64,000 nt of DNA from contig MNCI01001817.1 in NCBI GenBank assembly GCA_015680685.1, positions 904,828-968,827 of the forward strand, read 5' to 3'. Source of the stretch: Gnetum montanum (lineage: Eukaryota; Plantae; Gnetophyta). Of the stretch, positions 51,401-64,000 are shown in pieces. Position 1 is the stretch's first letter. Every line of letters starts with the position of its first letter. Under the pieces are notes generated by a model. It was not told where the DNA came from. It did not search any database and saw only the letters and a program-made list of their open reading frames with translations. Position numbers and translations under genes: made by a program.

Positions 51401-54400
51401 TGTTTGGATTGATCCTCCAACTCTTTATTCTTAATAGACCTCTAAGAGAGGGTTTGAAGATTTGCAACTCTTCCACTTCTACTACCACATTACATTGATC
51501 TATTTTACTTGAAGAAATCATATGCAATTTCTATCTCCCTTGATACTTAGGATTCCTTTCTATTTATGCTAGTAATGTATCCCTAGGTTATAAGGCTTAA
51601 ATAAGCTTAATTATATGATCATTTTGTTTCTACAAAGTATGTTGCAAACTCTGATTTTGTTGCAACATATACTATTGAAACTCATGATTTTTTTTAGGTC
51701 TCCAAGATCAATTAAAATTATTATTATAATTCTAATAATTGGACCTAAATGCAGGATGTGATTGGTAATTTTTTCTTTGATCAGAATTCCATCAATTACC
51801 TTGTAACGTTGAGCCTCTTCCTTGTACACCTTGACTTCCTACAACATTAGCTTATTCTTTATTAAATGGAATAATAGAATAATCATGGGTAGTATGGTTA
51901 ATCTCCTCACAAATTACACAAGCATGAGGAAAATCCATACCTCTAGCTTGGTTCTAGTTAGTGTTATGAATTTCCTTGTTGAAACTGAGAAGATTATCCC
52001 AATACAATAATATTGGAAGGCATAGATAAAGATGATAATTTGTTATTAATATATTTAATTTGTTTGGCCAAATATTTCATTAACATATTTTTTAACACAC
52101 TAGCCTTTTTATTAATAGGACAACTCTTTCATTGATCCACTATTTGATCTAACACATCAAATACTACTTTAGGTGTCATTTACATGATTATGTCACCACA
52201 AGCAAAATCAATGCTCTACCATGTAATAGGTGTCAAATCATCAAGAAAAATCCTAATAATTAATACTCAAAAAAACCATGATCATGGTCCCTTTCCCTTA
52301 TGTCCACAAAATTCTCCTAGGCCTATTCATAAGTATCATTTTATTTTTGTTGAAAGCCTTAAAGTTGTTTCTTCTACTAATGAATTTTTGAAAAAGATAA
52401 AAATATATTTACAAACTATCATTAAACCCTTCCTAGGATTGAATAGAGTATTGCCTAAACAACCTATATCATGATAATGCATGATCTCTAAAAGTAAGGG
52501 AAAATACACTCATTTTAGTATGTTCCTTCATATTTCTACCATATGTAATTATCAATGTTTCGAAACCTTGAATATGATGGTATGATTCATTTACATCTAT
52601 ACCATAAAATTGTACAAATTCTGCTAAATTTTTAATTTTAACATCTTGTCCAGAAGGCAATAAAAGAGGGGAAAGAGTGACAATTGATTTCCTTCCCATT
52701 AATTCTTTTAACAAACACTGATTAAGAATTCCTTGATAAGAAACTTGATTTTGAAATTGTAAAAATTAATTAAACTGGCTATTTAGATGTACTAAATGAT
52801 GAGGCAAAGGGTGTGGTATTTTTTGAAGTCCTTTTTATGGAATTTGTGGTTGAGACATTAGTTGAGGTATAGGTTGTGTTTGAGCAACATGCACATTGAA
52901 CATAAGTTGTATAGTTTGGGGAATATTCATCAATGTTTTTGTATTGGGGTAAGGCTAATAGGGTACTTACATGAATGTAGTTCTATATGATGCTATTGGT
53001 AGAACAATTGGACTACAAGACAAAGGAATAGGTTGTGAATTAAAAGGAATGTTAGGTTGTGCTATTGGTTGATGAATCTAAGTTATGTTAGGAAAATTCA
53101 TATGAATAACAGGTTGCTCAAATTAAGAAACAATAGAGGAAATAGTTGATGTGATATGCACTTGTGTTGGAATGGAAAGATAGTGAGAGACTAGTTGATT
53201 GCACAAAGGTGGTCATGTATTTTGTCTAGCCTATGTCAAAGTATTCAACAAGATTTGCTAAGTGGCTTGTAAATGTTGTTGATGCAATTGTTACTAATGA
53301 AAAATATTAGAGGGATTACTGGAAGTATTTTCATAGTACATAGTGCTAACTTGTGGAAGGGGCAAATTGATTGAAATAAGATGGATCAACCATTTATGTG
53401 ATTAGGAAAAATGTAGATTATGTGGATGAAGTGGAGACCAATTGACTCATATAATTTAAAATTGGCATGTAAAATCCAAATTTAGTAGGCATAACAATAG
53501 TTATGGATACTTGATTAGGTTGGGTAGCATTAGAAAATAGGACTAAAAGCTGAGTTCCATTAGTAGTTAGGGTAATTGTGATGTTATTCAATATACTACA
53601 TTCACCCAAAGTTCCTATACTTACTAGAGTTTGTGGATCTACTTGTGAGATTGGTGGATCTTATTACCTTAATAGAATTTACCCTTGTTAACTTTTGGAA
53701 CTTCTTGATGAAGATGACTCTTTTGATGACATCTGAATCTTTTTAGTCCTTTTCTTGGATCATATGGTACCATATCACAAACTAATATTTGATCTTTCTC
53801 ATGAATCCAAATAATAAAGTTATGAAATGATAATTAAAGAACAAAAATGAAGAAAAAATGAAAAAAAAAAGAATCTACTAAAATAATCGTTGAGTGTTAA
53901 TAAGTGTTTCATCAATCATAATTATTTTCAAATCAAGGGGAAATATTTGTGAATCAATTAATGTCACCATATAGCATACATAAATTGAAAGACTAATTAG
54001 GATCCATAGAAGAATATAATAAAGAAAAACAAAAATTGTGCAAAGTTTAAATTTGAGAAAATATCACCATATAGCACTGTTATTACAATGAAGCCAAAAT
54101 GTTGATTATTTATTACATTCTTGCATTGTAGAATTATGGAAGTTGATCAAATGAAGAACCATGAGTTACATGAGATTAATTACTATAATTATGATGAAGA
54201 ATGCTCAACATGAATTCACTCTTAATCAAGAAAAAAATTTGTCTTATTATTCAAGAATATATAACACCAATCAATGTAATTTAATAGAGTAATTCCAATT
54301 CACTCTAATTTCTATATCTTTTCTAGAAACTCTTTTGTCTATCTTTCTTCTTATTCTTCTCTCCCTTTCCTCTTCCTACATTTAGGAAATGCTTTATAAT

Positions 54401-54434
54401 CTCACTTTGATTAGGTGCTAAAACAACTTTAGTT
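45473..54434 (-). mobile_element. Athila-like Gypsy element with full 3' LTR and truncated 5' LTR
   Basis: 45473-45802 aligns with 54100-54434; 3' LTR TGTTGA...TCAACA at 45473-47223 with a PPT-like tract at ~47230-47260; degenerate PBS at ~54080-54096. Confidence 0.85.
47950..52714 (-). pseudogene. Athila-like gag-pol pseudogene
   Basis: gag 52469-52714 (QFYG...HHIQGF...VFSLTFRDHA); LHVPLLRAIEDTQYAKYLKGLC; PR 50673-50999 (PTNFIVLD...MILDRPML); RT 49487-49783 (FLGHASFYR); INT 48312-48533 (WSIDFM..F..YILVFIDYVTKWV). Confidence 0.92.
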
Positions 54435-54499
54435 CTACAAGGTTAGAGATAATGCAATCAAATCCACTATTTCAATAGATCCTACCAGTGGCTAGATTT

Positions 54500-55980
54500 C
54501 ATTGCAATTAGAAGAAGGGGATAATTAGTCATGATAGATCTCAAGGAATGCTGCATCATTTCAAGTGATGCTGCAAACCAAAGAGGGAGCCACAGTGGTG
54601 GTCATGTAGCATCAAGATGCAGTGGGAGCTATTGAAATGATCATTGATCAAATTAAAGAGTCTTTAAATGTTCCTATTGTGCCACCAACTAATATCTTTA
54701 GAGCTCAAGATGCTCAAATGCTAGCTAGAACCTCAATGATTCCTACTAAACATGAGGATATATTAGACATACTATTATAGATGGGGCAATTCATGAAGAA
54801 TCTCTTTGACATCCCCACCAATATCATCATAGTACCCCCTAAACTAATCATCACCAAAGGAAAGTTGATCATGGCTGAGACTAGGGTAGAGCATGCTAAA
54901 AATGAAGTCCAAAAACTACAAGAAGAGATCACAACCTTGAGAGTAGAGGAAAGAGTTCTGACATAGTTCATTGTGCCTAACTAATTTGACCAATTTAGAC
55001 TAGATCATGTGAGGTGCCTCATCAACCATAATATGAAGAGGAAGAAAGAGAATGAGAAGGTGGTATGGGATGCATCAGTGGTAGAAGCACAAACGTATGC
55101 ACAAGCTAAAGCACTCACCATCCTATAAGAGGAGAATAAATAATTAGCTATAGATAATGCTCATTTGACCAACATTAAGTAGCAAAATAACATTCTTGAT
55201 GAAAGCATCTAGCAACTTTGATAATAGTTAGTTCATGTCAACTAGGACATGAGTTGATTGGCCCAAGAGAATTGAACCTTATTAATGAAAGAAGTTTGTG
55301 CAATCAAACAAAAATCTACAATTGATATCAACGCATGGTAGAGTGATTGCCAAGAAGCAAAAATGGCTTAAAGAGCATTTTAGAGATTAGGTGGACATGT
55401 ACAAGAAGATTAATGAGAAAGAAATCCAAATGCGAAAGCCAAAATCAATTTCATTAAAACATAGAATCCTAATTGGTAGTCAATCTTGGATATTTTAGCC
55501 CATGTCCACCAAGCAGAAATCAAAAATAAAGACCTACAGATTGAAGATCCAATAGAATACATGGGGTTAGAGAATCTTTGATATGATAACTTGGCCATGT
55601 TAACAATAGGTTGGCTTAGGAATGAATTGGAATAATAGGCAACAATAATGTATTCCTTATATTAGAAAGAATTTGCCAATAGGAAAGATGATTTATAAAA
55701 ACTACATGTGGCAAATCCTGAACTTGAAATTGTGAAAGCAAGCTACTAGGAGAAGAAGGATGTAGTAGCTAACCTGGTTCATAGAATGTTTGATTATCAA
55801 GAATTGAAAAAAATAGCCAGAGCTTTTGAAGAAGAATGATGATAGTTTGTAGCTTGGTATGTAAAGGCTAATCAAATGTTCCCACAACTTTCATGCCCAT
55901 GGGATGTATCGGCTCCATCACACATCAACAAGCATGGATGGTACATGATACTAGGATAGAAGAGGATAAGCATCAGGCAT
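54500..55980 (+). pseudogene. Coiled-coil accessory ORF upstream of the PPT and 3' LTR (env-like position)
   Basis: E/K/Q-rich heptad-like reading with TAA/TAG/TGA stops; ORF 54781-54966; homolog at 9830-10437. Confidence 0.6.
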
Positions 55981-56260
55981 TACTCAATAGATATCAATTC
56001 AATAAACCTAATGATAAGGAAAAGCAGCTTATGGAATAGCCACCACTGTTGGGCACATAAACTACATTGAGCTACTTTAGTTTTTATTTTGTTTTGTCCT
56101 ACACTTGTGTCAAATTTTATAAAAACATCACTATGGCATTCAACATCATGTAAATAGTTTGTTAGTAATGTAAAGTCAAATCTACCTTCCAATTTTATAT
56201 AGAACTCTATCCTCATTTTCTTTTAACTTGAGGACAAGTTTCTAGTTAGTTGTGGGGGTA

Positions 56261-57138
56261 TCATAAAGTCAAATTCATCTCCATGCGACATCGTAGCAAT
56301 GATTTTGTATCAACAATGTCATTGATACGATGTCATGACACATGATACATCATCATTGATATCATGTATTGGGATGTATGCACCATTATAAATACAACAC
56401 TTGGACACATGATCCAACAACTTTTCATTCCACTAGTAATAAAACTCTTGCAATTTTATTTCTTAGACTTATATTTGGCAATAGAGAGTGCATGCCCATA
56501 GTGTGATATGTGATAGTTGAATGGTATCTTTATTTAAACAAGTTGTCATGACATTAAAGATTAAGACTATTTCCCATCATTGTAGCATTCCCTTAGTTCT
56601 ATTGTTTACTTAGCATAATTTTCACTATTTTACTAGCTTACTACTTTACTTTCTCAACCACTGTATTTTTACTTACATATTATTGTAGTAGAATGAGTAT
56701 GATTGATTTTGAGTGCATAAGTATAATTATTTGATAATCCTAGTAGTGATTTTACTTTATTCACTCAGTAGTGAACTCACTTGGTAATTCTAGTAATGGT
56801 TACATAAGTCCAAGGCATGTGTAGTGAATCAAGAACAGATGCTCATCACTATAGGATATAACAGATTTACATATTATTACTTAGACTTAGTATCCACTCT
56901 CATCTTTGTTATTTCTACACTTAGGATTAAAATGGGCCAATTAACATCAACTATCATATGCCTCACTATAAGCTAAACCATACACATAAACTTCACTAGC
57001 TTAAAGTGGGACAACAAGGATCATGAGCTTAACTCAATTACTAACATAAGAAAATTGTCTATCTATGGATTATGATTAGGTCATGCATAAAAACTTGTGA
57101 CTTGTATGGTTGAGTGTTGGATGCTCCACTATTCATCA
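56261..57138 (+). repeat. Athila-like 3' LTR
   Basis: Preceded by ttgaggacaagtt...gtgggggta (the same PPT context as rc 63629-63664); ends ttcatca; the initial TG is mutated. Confidence 0.75.
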
Positions 57139-57509
57139 AATGGCATGACATTTTTGAGATAGAAGTTATGGGTCGTACCAATACCACCTAATGCATCAAA
57201 ATGGAGATTAGCATAAAATTTAAGACTTTTACTTATGATAAAAAATAAGGTTACGCTATTTACAATCATTACACAACCTTTTTCTAAGCTCTTTCACACA
57301 ATTTTGTGTGTTGTTAGTTGCCAAGAGGAAGTTTTTTCATCGTTTGTTAATAAGAAAGGTAGAGATGGATTAGGGACTAAGAAAGAAAGATATTCATGTC
57401 TATTTCTAATAAGGATTTTTGCTTATTCTTATATGATGTCCTTGGGGGAGGGGGATTTACACATTATTTAACAAGTTTAACCTACTGCTATATTTGAACC
57501 TATTGCTAG

Positions 57510-60500
57510 TGATGAATCACTTGATGGGTTGTGTTGACTCATGGATAGATGCATCAATGCAAATGTGTCAATGTAATGTCTATCTTTGCCTATATAAATA
57601 CATAAAACCACCAAATTTATGACACATTAAGTCCATAGGATAGTGAAGCTCTTGTAGTTTTCTAATTCCCCATAGTAGGACTCTAAGGATTGTATGGTTC
57701 TTTATTCAAGCATCTTGGACCTAAATACATTAATGTGACCGACAATAAAGACAAGATTCTTGGCATTTCTTATAGTAATTGGAACATATTAATGCTTTCT
57801 TTTGTACATTCATTGACTTATGTATATTTACATTAATGTCTTAATTACTTAATATGGTTAATAACAATGCATAAGTATGACCACTTTGAACATACTACTT
57901 AACGCTTGGTAATCCTAGTGGTGGATATTTAGTATGCCTAGTAGTATACACTTGGTAACCCAAGAGTGTTAAAGTTGGTTCAATTTGTGAACGGAAAGTG
58001 GGCTCGGATGCTTATATTAGGATAGTTAGATTAGGATACTAGATAGTTAAATAGTTAGTCATTAATTAATTTTCTTACTATTTCACACTTAGACTAAATA
58101 AAATAAAAAATAAAATCAATAAAAATCATGTACCTTGGCTTACACTTAACCATACACTTGCACTTCCACAAGTGAAGCAAATAAGAAAATGATCACATCT
58201 TTAAGTCACTACCTTGCCTATTGTGCATTTAGAAGCTAAAGTCTATGGAATTCCACTAGATCTCTAATGCAACACTTGTGATTCATATTGTTGGGTGTAG
58301 GGACTACTCACTGCTCATCATTGGCATCATTGCCAAGGACTTTAGTTAGCTAAGTGCACTACATAGGAAAGATCGTGAAATTCTCTAAGGATGTTGTAAA
58401 AGAACACTTAAAGAAAAAACATTAAAAACATAGTATTACTAAACACACACTACTTTTGAGAAATTACTAATATGGCTTCTTCTTGTAGGGAGTCTCCATC
58501 ACCATTTATAAGCAAATCCACTCAAAGAAAATAAGGCCAAAAGACACAAGTGCCCCAACAATATAAAGTATTCTATACCCATTTGAATGCTTACACCATA
58601 GATTTCATATTCATCCTACATTAGGATGAGTGGCTATGATGGAGGAACATGGAGGATGATATTGTATTGCCTCCCAATCGATCCATTCTAGTTATGCTAT
58701 TGAACAATCTCATCAAGTTGGGCATTGCTAGATTGAACACAGAGTATAAAGTTCAAGATCATGCCTATTGGGATTATCATCCCATAGATGTCCAACAAAA
58801 AAAAGATCAATAGATGGAGGCTTGATATAAGGTTGTAAAAGGAAAATTATTTCCTAACCATTTATTTCTACAATCCCATAAACAAGGCAAGGACTTATTT
58901 TTGGGCACCTTCCAATACATAGATTTCCCTTATCTTTGATGGAGGACCATTAACCAACAATTGTAGTTAACTGTGTACAACCTTGGTGATGGGAAGAATG
59001 AATCTCAAGATCATGAAATCTTGAAACATGGCATCCAAAGCCATTCATTTATTGGTAAGAATAATGAATGGGACCAGGAAAAAGATAAACATGGTGATCA
59101 GGGTAGGGGTTGAAGAAGAAGAGATAGTAGGCACCATTTGAGTGCTGATTCTCCTCCCTATTCATCTTCGTCATCATCTTTCTCCTCTAACTTTCCACTA
59201 AGAACTTACCATAAAGAGAAATATTGATGAATGCAACTACTATGATGAGTCCCTGGTAGTTGCATTCATCATCATGACTATCCTTTAAGTGCTTCGTCAT
59301 CATCTTTCTCCTTTAAGGATGCTGAACAAGAATATCATAAAGATAAAGATAAAGCTACAACACTAGAAGAGGTTGCAGATTCAGAAATTGATGATGATGG
59401 TAGTGAAACATGCTAATATGAATATTCCAAGGGATGTTTCCCTATCTTGTCACACGTACATGAATCCAAGGTGTATGCTCTAAATCCTAGATTAGCAAAA
59501 CAACAAGCACATAGGTGGTTGCCTTATCCACAAAGCAACTATCAATAGTAGTTTCATGAACAAGCTTACTATCCAAGTGGACTACCACCTCAACCTTAGG
59601 AATAATACTAGTAGTGACAACATCCACAGTTGTGATGGATGCCACCTCTAAAGTAGCAATACCCTTATCACCAACTGAGTCCATATGGGTATTACATTCA
59701 GTAGCCCATCTTACCACATGACTCTTCTAGACATGCTTCCTTCTCACATAACTATTATTCTCTTAAATACTACAAAGGACCTTCACTAAGGGGGGAGTTC
59801 CTATTTTCCTACTATTCTCCTCAACACTCTTCCACTCCTACACCACCATCTTCAAGTCCTCTACCATCTAATCCATCCATGCAAGGTGAGACACCTACCC
59901 AGCCATAGCAAAGAAATGCTATGAGGGTAGTAAACTTACAACTAGCTCCTCAATCGAGTGGTTATGAATCTAAACCCAGCAAAAGGCCATTCTTTAGAAC
60001 CAACAACCCCACAAAGCACTCACAAACACTTGTGGTTGTTAACCTTGATACTTCCACCTTTGAAATTTCTATCAAGCAACCTTCAAACCAAAGTACTCCC
60101 CAGTTGCACACTATCATGTTGATCCATGTAGTCATAGATTCGATTAAGGATGGCCATCTTCCTAGGAAGAGATCACATATTGGGAGTCCTCTTATCTACT
60201 TACAAATTATCAAAAATGAACCATGTAAGGGTCTTTTGAACTTAGGTTCCAAAGTTAACTTGATTTCACAAGAAATGTACAAAGCCTATAACCTACTCCC
60301 CTTAACAAAAAGCAACATCATACTAGAGTTGAAAGATCAACCCATCATTGTTGCATTGGTAGAAGACATTATGAACACCATTTTTGGGTGGATATATCCT
60401 ACTAATTTTTTGGTAATCCATGTTGAGAACAACAAAGGGGACTTCCCTATTATCATGGAAAGAGCATGTCTAAGGACCATAAATGTAAGGTTGGGGATCA

Positions 60501-62668
60501 AAGACATTTCCTTGGAAATTTTCAAGGAAAATGAATTTGGAAAGATTGAGAAGAAGAGAGTTTCATGCATTGTGTACAATGACACAGGATGCCACTACAT
60601 GCAAAAACTATGGACCATCAAGGACACATCACTTTAGGCATGCAATTAATGTGTAAATATCATAGCAGTTCAAAGGTGCCTATATGCAAAAACCACTAAA
60701 TAATAAGATACTAGGTGGTTGACAACTAAAAATGAGGCTAGATCAATAATATGCATGGAACCAGCTAAGAGCCTCACCAACTTCTATGTGGAAAGCATGG
60801 ATAAGTTAGAGAAACTTCATCACCAACTCTCTAATGCACAAAGTAAGATCGATTGGGGAGAGTTTGAGATCCTTGAGAATTTTAAGCAAGAGCCCCTTGA
60901 ATTAAAGGCTCTATTAGTAGGAATGGAGTATGCATTTGTGAATAATGGTAAGCCTGTAATTATCAATGTCATACTTGCTCTTGTACAGAAAACGAAATTG
61001 TTTGAAGTTATAAATAAATGGCCAATAGAATTTTCTTGGTCATATCATGAGTTAATAGAAATTGATCCAAGGATATGCTAACATAAAATTTATAGAAATT
61101 TCTCCATTAAACCAAAGAGATGTGCAAAGATGCTTGAATCCAAAACTCAAGAAACTTGTCAAAGAGGAGATTGAACAACTCCTCAAGGCTAGGTTCATTT
61201 ATCCTATTGTAGATAGTGAGTGGATTAGCCCACTTGTTATGCCCAAAAAAGAACAAAAATGGAGAGTATATATAGAATTTAGGTTGTTAAATATGGTAAA
61301 TTACAAAGATAATTTTCCATTATCATTTGTGGACCAAGCGCTAGATACTATTACGGGAAATTATTACTATAGTTTTTTGGATGGTTATAGTGGCTATAAC
61401 CAAATTCAGATCACACTTGAAGACCAAGCCAAGATAACATTTACAACTCCTTAGTGGAATTTTACATACTAAAAGATACCCTTTGGCTTATGAAATGCTC
61501 CTACCATATTTCAATAATTGGTTCTTAGCATCTTCCAACAACAGATTAGTAGTGGGGTAGAAGTCTTCATGGATGACTTCTCTATGTATGGGACCACATT
61601 TGAGCAAGTCTTAGACTACATTGAGAAAGTGCTTAAAAGATTTGTGGAGACCAACATATGGCTCAATTGGAAAAAGCGCCACCTGATGATCTAAGAGGGA
61701 AATGTCTTTGGGCATTGAATCTCAAACAAAGGGAGCAAGGTGGACCCATAGAAAATAAGAGTCATGTAAGGAATAACTAGATAACCTAAAATAGTAAAGG
61801 ATGCAAGGTCATTCCTTGGCCACATTTTTTATTATCGGTGCTCCATAAAAAACTTCTCAAAGATCACCAAGCCATTGGTAGCACTTACCAAGAAAGATGC
61901 ACCATTCATCTAGACCAAGGAATGTGAAAATACATTTTGATAGCTAAAGTAGAAACTCATAGAAACTCCAATTCTATGAGCACCAGATTGGTCCAAGCCA
62001 TTCCACATCATGAAAGATGCATCAATTATGCCTTGGGGGTCATGCTTACACAATTGGATGATCAAGAATCTCCATATTAGATCCACTATGCAAGCAAAAT
62101 AATTGTGGGTGCACAACTCAACTACACCATCACTAAAAGGGAGCTTATGATGGTGATGTGTGCCCTAGAAAAGTTTACACACTATGTGCTTCAATACAAA
62201 GTGTTTTTGCACACTGACCACAATGCCATATGATTCCTAATGAATAAAGCAATAGTGATCCCTCATGTCATATGATGGCTAGTGATCCCCTAGGAGTTTG
62301 ATTTGATGATGATTGACTAAAAGGGAACCAAAAATGTGGTAGCTAATCACTTATGTTAGTTGTGATGGGATAGTAAGAAGGAGGAGAGTCTATTATTTGA
62401 TTAATTTCTTGATGAACTCCACTTTGCTAGTTCTGTTAATGCTTCAACTTCCAAGGAAATAAATTGGTATGATAACATACTCTCCTATCTACTCAGCTAG
62501 AAGATTCCATGGGAATGAGACCATAGGAAGAAACATTAGTTTCTTCATCAAGTGAATCACTTCATGGAAATCAAGGGTAACCTTTACAAGAGTTGCATTG
62601 ATGACCTACTATGATGGTGTGTCCCTGATGAAGATCAACTATGAGTACTCCAGAACATGTATGAGGGG
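57510..62668 (+). mobile_element. Athila-like element: 5' LTR 57510-58320, PBS, degenerate gag-pol; interrupted in INT
   Basis: TGATGA...TCATCA LTR termini; PBS tggcatcattgccaaggac at 58322-58340. Confidence 0.85.
60170..62668 (+). pseudogene. Athila-like pol (PR, RT, RNase H, start of INT)
   Basis: LLNLGSKVNLI; IYPIVDSEWISP...FLDGYSGYNQI; VFMDDF (~61563); PDWSKPFHIMKDAS; NYTITKREL; NVVANHL; CVPDEDQ. Confidence 0.92.
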
Positions 62669-64000
62669 TGATAAGTGGCGAGGTACCCCTACACTCAACC
62701 ATACGAAATGAGCATAGCACACGCAATCCGGTCGAACTCCGTAGACTAAATGCCTAACGCCGCAAGGAACACTTGGGGTTAATTAATTGTTGTCTTCTCA
62801 GAATTACTTGTTGTTGTCATGGTGTATGGTTAAGTAAGTTCAAGGTATATGATTTTTTTTGGTCTTTTATGGTTTTTCTCCTATGCTAAGAGGTGAAGGG
62901 TTGAGAGGCTAAAACTAACTCTAACTACAACACTAAGTCCTAGCGTCAACATCCGTTCCCACTTGTCGTACATACCCTGAACTGTGTAAATGTGGCTACC
63001 AAACGTTATCATTACTGGGATTACCACACGTAAAGCACATGCTCGAAGCGGTCATACTGAGGCACCTAACTAGCCTAAGTGTGATAAGCAGCCGATTCCT
63101 TGACTAACCGTACACATCCATAGATGCTCATAATCAAGTCATACTCGTACCACGTTCTAGGAGATAAGGGTGAGAGAATCTAATCGCGATGAGTAGCCAA
63201 TTCCTTGGTTAGCCATACACATTCGTCAATGCTCGTAACCAAGTCATACTCATGCTGCGCTACTAGGAAAGCAATAAATAACATTAAATAAACCTATCCA
63301 TGTACTGCAAGGTTTATCCACAAAGCTCGTCTTTATTGCCATACACAACTTACCTTCAGGTACAAAGTTGCTTGAATAAAGAACCGTTCACTTGGGGGAC
63401 TCCTACTGCAGGCACATGGAAAATATTCTATCTCTGGGGTGATCAATCCACCAGAGCTTCGCTACTTCTAGCCTAGGATGAGAAATGAGGGGAGTGTCAC
63501 CTCTTATTTATAGATTTGGTGGCAGACCATGATATCACGTATGTGATATCGCAAGGGACGACACGATATCACGTACGCAATATCATAGGGGATGTGATAT
63601 CGCGGCTTGTGCATATTGTGTCTCATCATACCCCCATGATTGAATGAAAACTTGTCCTCGAGTTCCTTACAATAATATCAAGAAGGTATGGAATTATTGA
63701 GGGGAATGGAACTAATGGGATGACATGTGAACGGATCATTATTACAAGACTTGAAAAAACTGGTGTTCATGACAACAAGGGTAAACACCTTATTACATTG
63801 ACATCAGGCCTTTGTTGGCAACTAAGAGAGAAAGAGAGAGAGAGAGAAAGAAGTGACGCTGTTGCCAACACCAAGATTGCGCTTTTCGTTGTCCATCCAT
63901 AAGCATGCCATCGATCTTGCTCCTTGCATAGCTGCTTCAGTGCTGCTCCATTCCAAGTGTTTGCTCCAGCTCTAGATCCAATCCGTTGTTTATTTAATCA
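62669..64000 (-). mobile_element. Young Athila-like element, 3' end: LTR 62669-63628, PPT and 3' internal region running off the window
   Basis: TGATAAG...CTCATCA termini; PPT context rc aactcgaggacaagtt...catgggggta; homology to the 57510 and 56261 LTR ends; abundant intact CpG. Confidence 0.85.

Noticed and set aside
57140-57160. tggcatgac after LTR 56261-57138 as a PBS
   Set aside because: The match is short, and the LTR is preceded by a PPT, so it is better read as a 3' LTR.

Overview
This AT-rich, strongly CpG/CHG-depleted window looks like heterochromatin from a large land-plant genome (inference). It consists almost entirely of nested, degenerate LTR retrotransposons, and I found no intact host gene, RNA gene or CRISPR array. 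From left to right: an Athila-like LTR and gag (+) interrupted by a Sirevirus-like Copia element (1472-7781, -, TSD TTACA); a chromovirus (10605-15768, -); two related Tat/Ogre-lineage elements joined head-to-head at ~30372 (Tat-1 15769-30371, -; Tat-2 30372-~40636, +), with a related solo LTR (18756-20956, TSD ACTAC) inside Tat-1; Copia pol (+); Tekay-like LTR/gag (+); an Athila-like element (45473-~54434, -); the 3' end of another Athila-like element with a coiled-coil extra ORF; an Athila-like element (57510-62668, +); and a young, CpG-intact 3' LTR (62669-63628, -). The main discovery candidate is in the two Tat elements. Each carries, directly after the gag-protease stop codon, a homologous antisense gene of at least 7 exons with PMD-like motifs. 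Each also has a family-specific CpG-containing motif (ACTACGCTCTCC in Tat-1, ACTACGTTGG in Tat-2, restored by undoing C>T decay) arrayed both in the LTR U3 and upstream of that gene. This layout suggests a self-targeting regulatory or anti-silencing module, which is a hypothesis. All alignments were done by eye, and coordinates marked ~ are approximate.
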